Part shown: piece after piece, positions 27,657 to 44,119 of the stretch
Position numbering within the stretch: the stretch's first letter is position 1
Layout: the number at the start of each line of letters is the position of its first letter
NCBI RefSeq assembly: GCF_009914755.1
Contig: NC_060929.1
Direction: 5' to 3' (one strand)
Length of the DNA stretch: 64,000 bases
Source: the human T2T-CHM13v2.0 reference genome, Homo sapiens
Notes under the pieces: model-generated
The model's database searches: none
What the model saw: the letters and a program-made list of their open reading frames with translations, nothing else
What the model was told of the DNA's origin: nothing
Translations under genes and position numbers: made by a program

Positions 27657-30600
27657 TGAAGTTATTTAGTTTTGATGTTTATGTGAAAATATGGCTATGA
27701 GGGCAAAACAGAGGGTTGCATATCTCAGGATCATGGCATCCCAGCACTTGATCTTTAAACATATCTCACCCATGTGACTCATTTTACAAGTGAGGACAAA
27801 GGCCATGCACTAGTTAATGGCAGAAACCAAAGTGTGACTTTCCTGACTCAGTCTAATGCAGAGCACTGTCCAGTCTACTGGATTGCCTCAATTTCAAATG
27901 ATAATGGCTGTTTTTTTCCTTAAGAACTTATTAATCACTGTTACTACATTTTACATGTTTCAACACTTAAATATAAATTAATTTATATTACTTGGACCCT
28001 GAGAATGTATTAAATAAATATGATAAATAAGAGTGTCAGGGAAAGAAAAATGTAGAGAGACAAATTTGATCTTGAATCAAAGAGCTTGAAGAGTGGGAAA
28101 AGACTAATTCCAAAATTAAAGAAACAAGTTTTGTGTCAGATACTACTTTCTCAAGGGTGGCAAGTTGCTCCCCAAACAGAGAGCTTCATTTGAATATCTG
28201 AAGACAGTGACAGATTTTCAAGCTCTGGAGATTTTCAAGCATTTGAGATGAAAATATGAGAAATGGAAACACATAGAGGCTTTGATTCAGAACTGAAGTT
28301 AGCGGCTTGGGTTCAGGAATGTTTCTCACGACTTGACATCTCATTTCTCTAGACCAGGAGTGGTGAAGGCGTTTTTCTCAAACTCCTTCCTTTTTTGTCC
28401 TTGAGGAAAATCATGCCAGGATCTCCAGATGCAGGAAAAGTCAAATAGCAAAGAATATCCGTTAGTTGTGATGAAAAGTAACTATATTCTGTAAAGTCAC
28501 TAATTACTAGATAGTAGCATGCTACATGTGATCTCTCATTTAATAATTATGTTTCCTGAAGGATATTGCTTACTTATCAAGAACACTAAGTTCACCCAAA
28601 GCCAAGAAGATGACATAATGGTATAATAGGCTGTATGTCAGAATTGAACTCACTAGCCAGTTTCTCCATTTTTCCACACATCTCTTTCTTCAAAGATTCT
28701 GAACAGCACCAAGAGAAAATAGGCATTTGGCAGAACAAGTGTTTTTGGCCTTGATTCCCTCTCATGTCCTCTGAATTGGGACATGAGAAGATTATAGGTC
28801 ACTATGACAAGGCAAAATACACTGGAACTGGATTTGGGTGGTCTCCCGTGGTATTGTTATGACTTTAGCAACTCAGTGGTAGAAATGGTCAGAAACTGGG
28901 GGAACTCAAAGTTGTAAAATCAAGTTGGTACTAAGCCACTAGGAACACTCAGAACAGTGTAAAGCAGGGAGTGGAAACACTGTTCTTGGGCTCTCATCCT
29001 GTGTATCCTCCAAATCAAGAGTTTATAATATATTTTAGTACATTCCGCGAAGGCTCCCAGCTTTGATCTTTGGCTTCCTCTTCTCTCTGTAGCTTGTGTA
29101 CAAAGCAAGCACAGAAAGTGGAATTTGGCACCATGTGTTGCTAGTCTTAGAGAAACCAAGTCTAAAGCCAGAGACAAACATTTTTCTACTGCAAAATGTT
29201 GAAAGCAATAGTGCTTATCTCACTGTTTGAAAAGCAATGCAAATTCAAGTGGCTCTCATTTTATCCACGTTTTCTTCAATTTAGACAATTCTCAATATTG
29301 TATATATGAGAGCCCTACTGTATATTTAAGGGAACATGATATTTAAATTGACTTCAATACATTTTTAAAGTCCATTATCATCACTGTGCTTTTTACTTTG
29401 GAATATTAAAAATCACTCTCATTTCCTTTTCTTTCACATTTTTTCCTAGTTTTAGCCCATTTTTACAATGGTAATATAGCTCTGTTGAATAGAATCAGGG
29501 CTACACATGACAAATAAATGTCTACAGAACTCTTCTGGACTGGGCGATGGAACTATATACTGAGTTAAGCTAGCAGCACCTTATCTTTAGCAACGTCTGC
29601 ATAAAAGCTAACCACTGCACATATAATTTGGCAGTCAGAGATGAATTTTTGATGGGAAGGTAGATCAGAACAGAGCAAATCCTGACATATTGTACAGTGA
29701 CCCTCCTCCCTCCGCCACCTGAATTCTTTATTACCTCTGCATGCATTAAAATACTCTTTGGATAACAGGAGAATTCTCCCTCTGCCACAATCCATCCTAA
29801 AGGAGAGAAGCATGTAAGCATGTGTCATATGTTTTTAGCAAGACAACCCAATCACCAAATGCTATGATTCCATTTAATTTACTCTACTTGTCTGGGTTCT
29901 CAACAACTTAAGCTAAATAATTGAGGTGGGTTCTGTCCCGAGCTCCTTGGTGGAATATACCTTTTCCACCTGTGGATTTGGCCTTTTCACCCAACTTTAT
30001 GGAAAGGGTAAGCATTTACTGGGATGACCCTATGGAGGGCATTTCTCATTGGGGTACTTTTAATATTATAACTACATATATAATTCTTTTCCGGCTTTCT
30101 TCACTACGAAAAAAGATGGTGTTAGCATTTTTAAAGGCTGTCTCTCTGCATTTTATTGTATAAATCAGTTTTCTTGCTGAAGTCAAAGGTCATTCCTCCT
30201 GCTGCATAACAATACTTTTCAGCCTAATATTAAAAGCTGGCCTCATTTTACTTTGTAATAGAAAGCTTCACTTTGGCATTAATATTATTCAAAAGGCGGC
30301 TGCCCACATAATAAGTTCCTTTTAAGCAAAATGAGAAAACACACATTTATCAAATAATTTTCAGTTACGGAGGCTACAGTTTTGATTGCATCAAAAAACC
30401 TCAGCCAATCATTCCTGAGAGATGCCAGATCCATGTGTCTGGCAGGATATTGAATAGCCAATGAGTGTGTTCTTGCATAACATATTTATAGAATCTTTTA
30501 CAATGTGGAGAGAGGGGCAGAAATGTGGCTTTTAAAAAAATTCTAAGCCGGTGTTAAAGAGGCCATGCCAAAGCTGAGAAATACTTCTGTAAAGAAAATA

Positions 30601-30941
30601 GCACACATTCCTGAGTATTCTAACATGGTGAATGGCAAAGGCAAAATTGAATTTATGCCTTCCTGTTTGTGCCACTCACTTGTGTAGATTTGTGTCTATG
30701 ATGACACTAGAAAGGACAGTTTCCTGTTTTGCTTTTTGTGAATTAGTCCAGTAAAACCCGTTTTACTTGTACACAGCCGAGCTTAGGTCCAGCCTGGACA
30801 TGAAATATAGCAGCAGGGCTGACATGAGTTTTAGCTAGTGCAAGATAGCTCTTTCCTGTGATTGCATGTCAGCTTGTACAAACAATATTAGGATATAATT
30901 TGGTTTACAAAGTTATGTAAAGCTTCATTTAGGTATCTGTA

Positions 30942-30944
<3 letters not shown>

Positions 30945-30985
<41 letters not shown>
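30945..30985. repeat. (AC)~20 microsatellite
   Basis: Directly visible. Confidence 0.95.
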
Positions 30986-30987
<2 letters not shown>

Positions 30988-31039
30988 ATGTTTCCTTTTC
31001 CTGATGTATTTCCAAAGCATACATTACACTCTTAGTTTA

Positions 31040-31385
<346 letters not shown>

Positions 31386-32120
31386 GGGGAAAAGAAAACT
31401 GATACGATGGTCACTTCATCTACACACTCACTTGCAATTTCTTTCTCCTATTGTATTCGAGGTTTAATTGCAAATACTGAGATGAAATTGATCCAGAGAA
31501 ATCTTGCCAAACAAACCAACAAAAGCCATAGTCAATTCTATATGTCACCATGATTGATAAGGAAACCAGTGCTTTAATTCCTCAGGTGACTCTTCTTCTC
31601 ATCCTGATGAACCTGCCAATCAAACTCAGGAGACAGGCAAGAGAAGAATACAGTTAGAAAGAAGGAGCAGCATCAGATGAAGGCCTTTGCTAGGCCTGCT
31701 GCTGCTCCTAGTTGTATTTTTTCTTACTTGTTTTCTCTTTCTCGTCCGCTTCCTCATTTCATTCTCCTTCCCTTCTATCTTTTCTAACTTGTCCGTTTCT
31801 TGGAAATCAACTTATGGCGAAACACCCGTGTCTGTTGCTTAAATGCCCCAGGTGGCTATGCTAGGTTGGGAATTGTAGAGCTCTCACATCTTTAAATTTC
31901 AATGTAGTTCTTATAACTTTCTAACGTCAGCCCCTCTGATGCACAAGTCTTCTCGTGATCCTCTGGAATAAAGCTGTGACTCTCTGGAACTTCACATCAC
32001 AAAATGGTGTTCAAAAAATCTGTTTTATTAGATGGCCATGTGCAGTGCCAGCTAAAAACATGATGCATTTCTAGAGAGCCCGATCACCCACCTCTGGCAT
32101 TTTTCCCTTAAAGGAAAAAG

Positions 32121-32156
32121 ACACACACACACGCACACACACACACACACACACAC
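32121..32156. repeat. (AC)n microsatellite with one interruption
   Basis: Directly visible. Confidence 0.95.
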
Positions 32157-33512
32157 TTCTAAATAGAATTCAGAAGACATAGCACTGGGAGCAGCTCATT
32201 TCTCAGAAATTCCTGAAAGCTAGAACTGCATACTCCCCCACAATCAGAGACTCAATCAGCCTCCAATGGAAAAAAAAAAAAAAGTGGCTGCAGTTGTAAG
32301 AGACAAGCTGATCTAATTGATCCCAGCCCCTCAGGGAGGATGTTCTTCACTTAATTAAGAGCACTGCCACCTGCTTGGTGTATTGGCGTCTAGCAATTCA
32401 CTTGAGCAGGTCCATCGGCAGATTAGGGCACCAGCTTTTACTGCTGCGTGGTACTGAAACACCAGCATATTAAGCTCTAAAGCTGGTTCTTAAACTGTCA
32501 TAATGCTGGCTGAATTATAGCTGATTGGAATACCGAACAGGAGAATGCTGATTGGCTGAAAGCAAATCAAATCTGAGCAAAACTACACTGCACTAATAGA
32601 ATAATAAGGCAGAATGCTTGAAAGAAATTATTTATACATTGCTTCATAAAGGTTCTGATCATTCATTTAGTTTATGTTCTCTAAGCAACTATCCCCTCTA
32701 AAATGTTTAATCAAAACCAACTTTAGCTGTTGTATTTACTGTAAAGTGGTATTGTGATACTTGTGACCGATAAAAATCTCACATTTTATGAAAGAATCAT
32801 AGCTTTTTTGGTATTGTATCTCATGCCTGTTAAGACACACAGATAAAGCCATTTATGGGAACAGGTAAGACCCCAATAACGGCCAACTTGTAAACAAATT
32901 TCAAGGATTTCTTGAATGTTTGGTTATTAAACCAAAGCCCAAGTGAATACAGTTTATTATTTTAAGATTACTTTAAAAATTAAGGTTTCTCACTATTGAC
33001 ATTATGATGAAATTATGAATTTACTAAAGTGCTAATTAGAAGTGCTTATCCTCTGAAGTTAAAGGGCACCAAAAGACAGCCTTAAACTAGGCTTGTATTT
33101 GCTTTGCATGATTTAACTGCTTTACATTTTTCTTTCTGTTTTTGCTTTATGTAGTAATACCAATAGTAATGTCAATGGTTAATAGTATAGTAGAAGATTA
33201 AAATGTATAACTTTTTAGATACTAAAAGAGAGTATTTTTGATCAAGTGTGTAAACTTCCTACTTGTTTATTTTAAAGTATATTATTCCTTTTACGTGAAA
33301 TTTTCATTTCTTGTAAAAGTCTCAAACTCTTTCACATTAAAGATATTGTAACCTGCAGATGATGTTTTCATTGTTATTTAATCACCCATAAGTGATAACA
33401 ATATATATGTGGTAAACACTAAAAACAAAAAACCCATTTCTCTGAATTGAGCTGTCCAATACAAAGAATGATACTGGTTACAATATTTCTAGGGAGGGCC
33501 ATAGGGCCATGG

Positions 33513-33820
<308 letters not shown>

Positions 33821-33916
33821 TATTTTTATGATTTTTAAAGAAAATTAATGCAAACATTTTTGTAGTAAATTTTAAATTTCAAAAAAAAAAACATATGAAA
33901 AGTCCTTCTTGCTCTC

Positions 33917-34645
<729 letters not shown>

Positions 34646-34689
34646 GATCTCTACTGTAGTCCTCTCTATAGAGATTATCACTTTTATCA

Positions 34690-34883
34690 TCTTTTCTTTT
34701 CTTTTCTTTTCTTTCTTTCTTTCTTTCTTTCCTTCTTTCTTTCTTTCTCTTTCTTTCTTGTTTCTTCTTTCTTCCCTTCCCTTTCCTTTCTCCTTCCTTC
34801 CTTCTTCCTTCCTTCCTCCCTCCCCCCTCTTCTTCTTTTCTCTCTTCTCTTCTCTTCTCCTTTCTTTTCTTTTCTTTTCTTTC
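34690..34883. repeat. Compound pyrimidine microsatellite (TTTC/TTCC/TTCTC), the expanded tail of the adjacent Alu monomer
   Basis: About 190 bp of almost pure C/T sequence. Confidence 0.9.
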
Positions 34884-35026
34884 ACAGGATTTTGCTCTGT
34901 TGCCCAGGCTGGAGTGTAGTGGTGAGATCATAGGTCACTGCAGCCTGGAACTTCTGGGCTCAAGTGATCCTCCTGCCTTGGCCTTCCAAAGTACTGGGAT
35001 TACAGGCATGAACCACTGTGCCTAGC
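34884..35026 (-). mobile_element. Monomeric Alu (FRAM-like or left/right hybrid AluJ)
   Basis: Single monomer with a left-arm-type 5' part (CCCAGTACTTTGGAAGGCC) and a right-arm-type 3' part (GGCTGCAGTGACCTATGATC). Confidence 0.8.
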
Positions 35027-35859
35027 CTATCAATTTTCATAAACATCCAGAACTTTTTCTGAAATATATATCGGGGGAGAAGAGAGATTGTGTTTTGGTC
35101 GTGTTTCACATAAAAAAATTCTGTTTCTAAGAAGTATTTTCTATAACTCATATTTTCACAAAACAATGTTTTTAGAAATTTTTGGGGTGGAGGGGGTCAT
35201 TTCATATAGAATTGCCTGTGATTCATTGCTGCTGAGTTTTCATAGGATGGATGAATTATAATTTATTTTACCCTATGTTGATGGATATTTATGTCATTTT
35301 CAACATTCACTCTTTCGGTGCTGTAGTGAAAATACATGCAAGTATTACCCCCAGATCAGAGACCTAAAAGTGAAACAGCTGTGTCCAAGGGTAACGCGTT
35401 CTATATCTCATAGCGATGTGGATCTTTTAAGGTAGCTGAAAATGCAGATCACTTCTTCATTGTTCCCTCTGATTGGTGAAGTTTCACTCCCAGATAGTCC
35501 TGTGGTATCTTTCCCATTGAATTAAAATTTTTGAATCTTTCTCCACATTTTTATAATGAGACTACTACTCTTTCTTTCTCTATCACCTAATCTTTACTTA
35601 GTTTTCTTTATTTTACTTATAACCACCTGATATATAAGGTATTTATTTGTTTATTGATTGTCTGGATGTATCTGTTTCACCCTCTGCTATATTTCTGGTA
35701 CTCAGATCACTGCCTAGTGCTTAACAATATTTGTAGAATAAGTAAAAAAATGAGTGAACTAATGAACTATAATTTTACCTCCTGTATATCTTTGTATTTG
35801 TCTATTTTGAAAGCATAAAAACATGGCTTTCAGTAAGGTTTAAAAAAAAAAATTTTATC

Positions 35860-36162
<303 letters not shown>

Positions 36163-39100
36163 TTATCCCTGTTTCTGTGCTAGGGAAACTAAGGAAAACA
36201 TATCCCTTGTCTCTGTAAGAAGAAGCAAATAATCATTTATGAATCTCACCAAATGAAAAAGGAATAGGGACAGGGGCTTTGTGATCATCTTAAATATTAT
36301 CTACTTAAGGCATTGGCTAGTTTAACACAAGCTAATTCCTCCTCTTTTTAATATTGGTACATAATGGAGTAATCCACCAGAGTCTCTTGTAGCATTGATG
36401 AACACCAGGAATTGCATTGACTCTAATACACATTGCGGCATCAAGTTCCATATCCTGGTTTTTCCCAGGAGCTCTGCCCTGAAAAACGTCCTCCTCTTCA
36501 CCACCACACTTGTCCTTTTGTCTTTTCTTTTCTGCTGCTGAGTCTTCAAGCGGTAGGTTATATAGACTATGATGTCACCTATCATTTATAACCAAGTAGA
36601 AAATAAGAATTAGAACACTGTTGTCAAGCTATCTTCACTCCCTAATTGAATTTTATCCGTTTAGCACTTTAAAATGGAAGGTTTGGAGGATTTAATTTTT
36701 AAAAGGTAATATTCTTTTTTTGGATCATTTTTAATACCTTAAGTCCCTGACCAGGATTTCTGAGACTGAACAACTAATCATCCCAAAGATGCTTCAAATA
36801 CAAGTAATTCAGAATTTTTAAGGTATTCCTCAAAGGGCACGAAATTATGGAGTAAAAGTAGCTTAACAGAAGAAAAAATAAATCCAGGGTTGATTCCTGA
36901 GGTAGGATTTATTATCTTATAAATCTGCAGAACAATTTAAACTTTCAAAAACTAATTTTAAAAATTAGCGATCTAATTAAATATGCACTCACTCATATAC
37001 TCCTCATCTAAAAGAAGCCAGATCAAAACTATTGGAAGCTATGGCGAAAGCAGCTGATGAGAAATTAAACAGCTTGGTCTCTGTCTTTTAGTCTAATAGA
37101 ATGTGGTTTTCATTGGCATCATTGTTTGTAACAAATTATAGATAAACTTCAGGCAATGATTGATGTGGCTGGAGGTAGTAAGGTTATGTAAAACTTCAAC
37201 TTCTACAGTTAGAAAACATTCTAAAAAATTAAACGGGTAATAAATTGTCATACCTTGGAATAGAGAAAAAAAACTGGGCATTCTAAATGCCTAGGCTGTC
37301 ACTAGGTAGTAAGGAAAAAATATTTTGCCAACTTCATGCATATTAAACAGATGCATGACAGGTGGCCAAAAAAAAAAAAAAAAAAAAGAAAGAAAGAAAA
37401 AATGGTGGTGGAATGTGAAACTAACTTCGTAAACGCCTTCTTGTGTGCGTTTGCATTTCCTTTTCATCTCTGGCATTTTATAGTTGGCACTTTTCGTGGG
37501 GCTTTAAAAAAATTAAGTGCTTTCGTCTGAATAAGAATAAATCACCAACTTATTTTCATGTTTACCAAGACTAGCTCCAAAGTTAGTGTTGTTTTTCTTG
37601 ATGGCATTAGCTTCAAAAGCTTGTCTCTTAAGAGAGTCGTTATGTTATAATATGTGAAATTAGTTCAGATCGGTTTACAATCAAACAAGTTAATTGTTGG
37701 CTCAGTCCACTCCACAAAAAAACTCTTATCTATTTTATGAGGCCTTATTTCTGTGTTCTTGAGCTAGGGGGAAAAAGGTACTTTGTGTATGAGCTGGGGA
37801 GAAAAAGGGAAAAGACTCAAGTCAAAGAAATATCTTCCTAAACTCTGGATTTGAGCCATTTGTCTAGACTCAAATGTCCAGTCTGTTTTGAGGATTATTT
37901 AAAAATTGACCTTGAGACCAATTTGCTTGTCATTGCTTCAAAAACAATGCTAATGTGAGAACTTGCAAATCTTAAATCAAACTTTTTCGATATTAAAACA
38001 ATAATGATTGTAAGAACACAATATATTTTAGTTATGTATTCATATTCATTTATTTACATGTCTAACAGATATTACTGAGTGCCATTATGTGCTCAGCCTG
38101 GTGCCAAATTTCTAGGAATATGATGGTTAGAAATAACAGACAAAACCTCTTCCTCCATGCTTTGAGACTCACATCTAATAGTCTGCAGGCAAAGAGGGAC
38201 ACATTCCACAAGAAGGATGTTTTCTCATGTATCAGCCCTATAGAAGGTTAGGAAGCAGTCTACAGAGATACTGAAAACTTTATTTCAGTAACAATTTCTT
38301 TACTCTATCCACCCTAAAAAGTAGAGAGAATGCAGTTGTACCCATGGTTATAGGATATTGCCAATCACAGATGGAAACAGAAATTCAGGGTAAATCCTAT
38401 GAGAATTTTTGGTTTAAGATGGACCAGTTTGCAGCAGACAAGGGGAAGCTTACAGTGAAATTTCTGCCCAGTGGAACCTCAGTTTGGCTACTAGAGGGCT
38501 CTGATCTCAAAGACTGTTCAGTTCATTCAAGATGTGAAATAATTAGAAAAATAAAAAGAAAATCTGAAGGTGTACTAATAATCAAGTGACCATCAGATAA
38601 AATAAGCTAATTCTTTCAACCTTGAGAGAATGAGAAGTTGGTATGATGGTTAGGAAGAGGAGATTCCAGGTGAAAATAAAATTCCAACTTAAATGATGTT
38701 AAAGGAGAAATATTCTCAGTAAAGAGTTTGGATATATTAGATGGTAAATATGTAATAAAGTTATTTTGTGACGTGCAAGATAATCTGAGACGAAATGGAG
38801 AGCCACATCTTTCTGTTTCTTGGTGCTCATCCTCATGTTTAAAGTTTAAATCAATCGAAGGGTTTTGACCAAAGTTCATCTCTAAATACGCCATCTTCAT
38901 TCAAGGTTGCAATTTTCTCTTTTGAGGAAGACAGAGTGGCCTAACCAAACAGGAGAGAAAAATCAGGGTTTATAAAAAGGCTGGATAGGAACCATTTAAT
39001 TCTCACCGTACTTGGCTTTCCCAGGAATGATTATGCTCTCCTTATGAATGTGACATTGAAAATCTGTACTTTTTATAGGACGCAGTGGGAAAAAAAATGT

Positions 39101-40865
39101 AAGCTGTAAAATGTTGCTTTAAAAACGTGTTTAAAAACAGTGTTCTGACACTTTATTGCACAATGAGCTCTTACATTAAGCATTTATGGCAGCTACAAAT
39201 TCACAGCATGGTTTTGATGCAGTAATAAAAAGCACCAAAATGGATCCAACTGACATTTTACAGCCAGAACAAAGGTTTGAAAGTTTAAAGCTTATCTGTA
39301 GCTACTACATGTTACATATTAGTTACATTATCTATAACAAGATTATACGTTACCTATCCCTACCATATTTCTAATAGTAAATTATTAGTAAATTCAGTAT
39401 CTCGATCACTTTCAAGGTCAAAGAACATCAAATCATATGGTCAAACAAACTTAAGGTAATGAGGAAAGACTCTAATGTTTTTTTATGACCACCGAGTGCA
39501 TACACAGTTCATCCAAAATCCATGCTTGCCCAAAGGAGTGGTTCAATCTCATTTTTCTTCTTCTCTGGAGTTCCAAACAGTCCCTAGTCTTTTTGTACTT
39601 ATTAATGGGATTGAGTCAAAAATTCTCTCAGACATTTTGTATATTTTTTCCTTTGATTCTGGCAAAATATTGGGAATGTCTGCGATGCTCTCAATTAGCC
39701 AATGGTATCACAAACATGTAGTTGGGTCCGATCTTATTCCTGCTTAAATTCCCCCACTACCACCACCACAACTGTGGCTCTTTATCAATATCAGATTAGT
39801 ATGTTGGCAGTGTGATATTTTGCCTAGAGCTTATCCAAAATACATGACAATCTCTGAGCTGTTGGTCTGAAAACTCAAAAGAATGAGTATTTAAAAACAA
39901 GTGTTCTATATAATTTTTTCAGTTCACATGAAAGTTTTCCTAGATGTATCTATATCTTAATGGTTATATTAACTAGATAGCTAGATATATTAATAACATT
40001 TTTGATGGGCATGAACACTTTGAGGCTTTACTTAGTTCGTGAATTTGTCTATGGAAAATAATTAGCATTATTTTCCCAAGCCAATTTTTTTGTGAAATTG
40101 CCACTGCTAAAAGCCTCATGACTTGGACATAGCATAGTCCAGTTTCTCAGCGCTGCAACAGAAGCCAAGATGTGGTTCTTCCCAAGGGCTGGTTGCATTT
40201 GTCTGAATGCCATGTTCATCATTTTTAACGTTGGATAGACATTTTGGGATTGAGTTATATAAAATATTTACCAGCGAATCTATTATCAGTATTCTCAGCA
40301 AAACAAGTGTATGCCATTAGTGATCAAACTATTTAAAATATATTTTAAGTGAACAAAAATAATAATATAAATATAATAATATAAATCCGTAATTATTTTA
40401 TCAAGTTTTATTCTTTTTCAGAATATTCTAACATCCAGTGTTTTATTTGATTATGAGTATTCTCTCTGATAGATGAAAACATATATCTGGAGTCAGAAAT
40501 CTTTAATTCCTTGAAAAAATATCTTACGATGACATAATGTCAGTGCAATTTAAATTCCTGTATTGAAAGTCCTAATACAATTCTAAAATTCCTTTTGTTT
40601 CTTTTTGAGCTATCTTAGATTTCTTTAAACATACAGTCCATAATTCTGTCTTGCATATATGAAGTTGTTACCATCCATGAAAATACTGTCAACAAGTGTG
40701 TGGATTTGACAGCCTAGAACATGTAACTCTCCTTCCAGCATAATGATATCTTACCAGGTTTAATTTTATACATATATATAAAATAAATGAATTATAAATA
40801 TACATGTAATATATAAATAATTCATTTCATAATTTTATACTGATAAGGCACGCTGTTCATTCTCA

Positions 40866-41194
<329 letters not shown>

Positions 41195-42846
41195 AAACAT
41201 GGGAAACATTGTATTGAAAGTTAAAAATATATTTAGAAATCTTTTATTACTGTATACAATTGAACAAAAGTAGTCAAGATGAAGGAATAACCTCTACCCC
41301 TTTGTTATTGTTATCAACTTTTTCTAATTACAGGTGTCATCAATACTATTGTAACAAATTCAAGCAATATAGGAATAACATACGTTATAAATGTCCGTCC
41401 CAAGCCATGCACGATCCATCTTACCCTTAGGAGTTTGACATTTTTTCCATACTTCTTGTCTTGTAACTCTTTAAACACATGTATACTATTTTAATGAGAT
41501 TATATAACTTGCTTTTCAAAATTATCAATATAACTTACACCTCAGGTTTGGAAAAGCCATCGTCTCCCTCCCTATCTCAGAAATCACTTTAAATATGCTT
41601 ATATTTTATGGTTTTCTTTTCATTTAGATTTTTCAATCCATTTACAACTTGGGGAAGTTTTATTGTGATGGTGTCACAATTTTATTTTTATTTCAAAGTG
41701 CTTTGCCAATAGTCACAATGGCATGTAATATTAATAAATTACTATAACTTTTCAACTTTGAATATAACTTTGAAGTAGAATCAAAATATCATAGTAGCGA
41801 GAGGGACAGAAGCTTATGAAAAGAATCTTAAACTTAATCTTGGCCAGTAACCAAGCTACATAGGTTGTTTGTTTTAGACTGGAATCTAGTGGAAGTGTGG
41901 AAATGTTTACTGAGAATTCCTAATAAAGTTCTTAAACTACATTTTAAAACCCTATGAAACTTTATATTCCTTCAACACAAGAAGTGTCTGATTCCATGAA
42001 TGCTTTCAAAGTCAGTGCCTTGAAAGAGGGGGCAGGGTATTAGGGTGAGTATATGTCAGCCATATACTCAGAAACAGAGGCGAGACGAGAACAAAGATGT
42101 GATCCGTTTTAATTTAGACTCAAACTCCCAGTTTATTTTCCAATATCGATAAAAAATATTTCCAGATGTATAACAATAGATAAGAATGGGAAATAAAACT
42201 TGAATTATTACATTGTTAAATTGCCCAATTCAAGCCCCTAAGTCTGGATGTTTATATAAAAATGCATGCAGATGATTTAGTAACGGTGATAACAGAAATA
42301 AACAACAAGATCAATTTTACTTACTTGAGGATGTTAATATATCAATTAAAAAATAAATATTGTTGCTAAATATTGATAATTTAAAATTTAATTCAGTAAT
42401 TTAACTGCAGTAATTTATTTTTAAAATCGTAACATTTGAATTGCAGTAATAAGAAAAAGGTAAAAGAGAATTGGCATACAATCAGGTACCTGAGAAAGAA
42501 GAAAGTTGAGTAGAGAGTTGCTGCCTCCTGTTTGCTTTTCAGAAGATTTCCCAATATAATTCAAAATAATAATCCCTAATATTGCTATAGACCTGGACTT
42601 CTTAACCTAGTGTCTATGGAAACCTCAGCTACTTTTGGGAGCTCCACAATTGCCCTGAAGTTATATGCAAAATTTTGTAGCTTCTTGTGGTGCTACTGTG
42701 TGCATGTGGGCATTCTTCTGATATACATGATTCATGGCTTTTATCACGATCCTGATGGAATTCAGGGCTCCCTAAAAGTTAAAAATAAGTGATATAGACC
42801 TCAGAATGTACAAGGTGTTTTAGAGTTGTTAACTAGTTCTTCAGAG

Positions 42847-43369
42847 CAGCAGTCCCCAACCTTTTTGGCACCAGGTACCAGGTACCAGTTTAGTGGAAGA
42901 CAATTTTTCCATAGACCGGGTGGAGGAGGGATGGTTTCAGGATGATTCAAGCACATTACATTTATTGTGTGCTTTATTTCCATTATTATTACATTGTAAT
43001 ATATAATAAAATAATTATAAAACTCACTATAATGTAGAATCCGTGGCAGCCCTGCTTTGTTTTCCTGCAGCTAGATGGTCCCATCTGGGGATGATGGGAG
43101 ACAGTGGCCTGTCATCAGGCATTAGATTCTCATAAGGAGCACGCAACCCAGATCTTTCACATGCGCAGTTCACAGTAGGGTTTGCGCTCCCATGAGAAAC
43201 GAATCCTGCCGCTGATCTGACAGGAGGCGGTAATGCCAGGGATGGGGAGCAGCTGTAAATACGGGTGACTCTTTGCTTGCTCACCTGCCATTCACCTCCA
43301 GCCGTGCAGCCCCGTTCCTACAGGCCACCACCCAGTATCGGTCTGTGGCCTGGGATGTGGGGACCCCTG
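42847..43369. mobile_element. MER1A (hAT-Charlie non-autonomous DNA transposon)
   Basis: TIRs cagcagtcccca / tggggacccctg, 523 bp, degenerate 8-bp TSD CTTCAGAG / CTTTACAG. Confidence 0.88.
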
Positions 43370-44119
43370 CTTTACAGTACAGGAGCAGACCTGAACCAAG
43401 CCCAAGACACTTATATTTCCCCACTTCTGTGGTCCAGAGAAAAGTGGCCTGGAGAAACTGCTCTCATCAAAATACAGTTACTAAACCTGGAGACCTCTCC
43501 TGTCGTATTTGCATTTGACACTGAAGGAAAGATGTGAAGATGTTACAGATCTTTAGGAAAGGACAGATATTTTCTGAGAAGAGGGAAGGTGGGAGTCTTC
43601 AAATTTACCTTGTAGCAGCTACCAGTGGTGTATCACTGGTAAGTGAAGAATGTGTATTCCAGAAGTAGTAAAAGTTCATTTTAACAGAGTCACTTAGGGA
43701 AAACAAAAGCTTCCTTTATATAGTGGAATCTGCATGCATTTCTTTAAGCCCTAATATCTGAATGCCAAGGCACTGAGTCCACGTAGTTATTATCCTGAAA
43801 CTCTAGTTTATTCATTGTTTATTCAAATGAGTTACGAAATCACACAATTAGGAGAAAGACCCACCTTTAAAAAAAAAAAAAGAACTCAGAATATTGTACT
43901 TCTATAACCATACATTCTTTCTTAGAAGTGTGTGTTTATTCACTCTCCCATCCTGAAACATATGACATCCTATTATTTAAACACTGGCCAAACTACAGCA
44001 AAATGAATAGAAACTAAAATATTTCTTAAATATTTAAAGTTCAGCTACTCAAAATCTTGACGCTCTGGTCTATCCAAGTCCTACTGATTGCTAGTGGCAA
44101 TTTCTTCAGGGTGTTCTTT

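Noticed and set aside
28760-28788. 10-bp perfect hairpin TCTCATGTCC-N9-GGACATGAGA
   Set aside because: Too short for a pre-miRNA or MITE, isolated, and compatible with chance or a local template switch.
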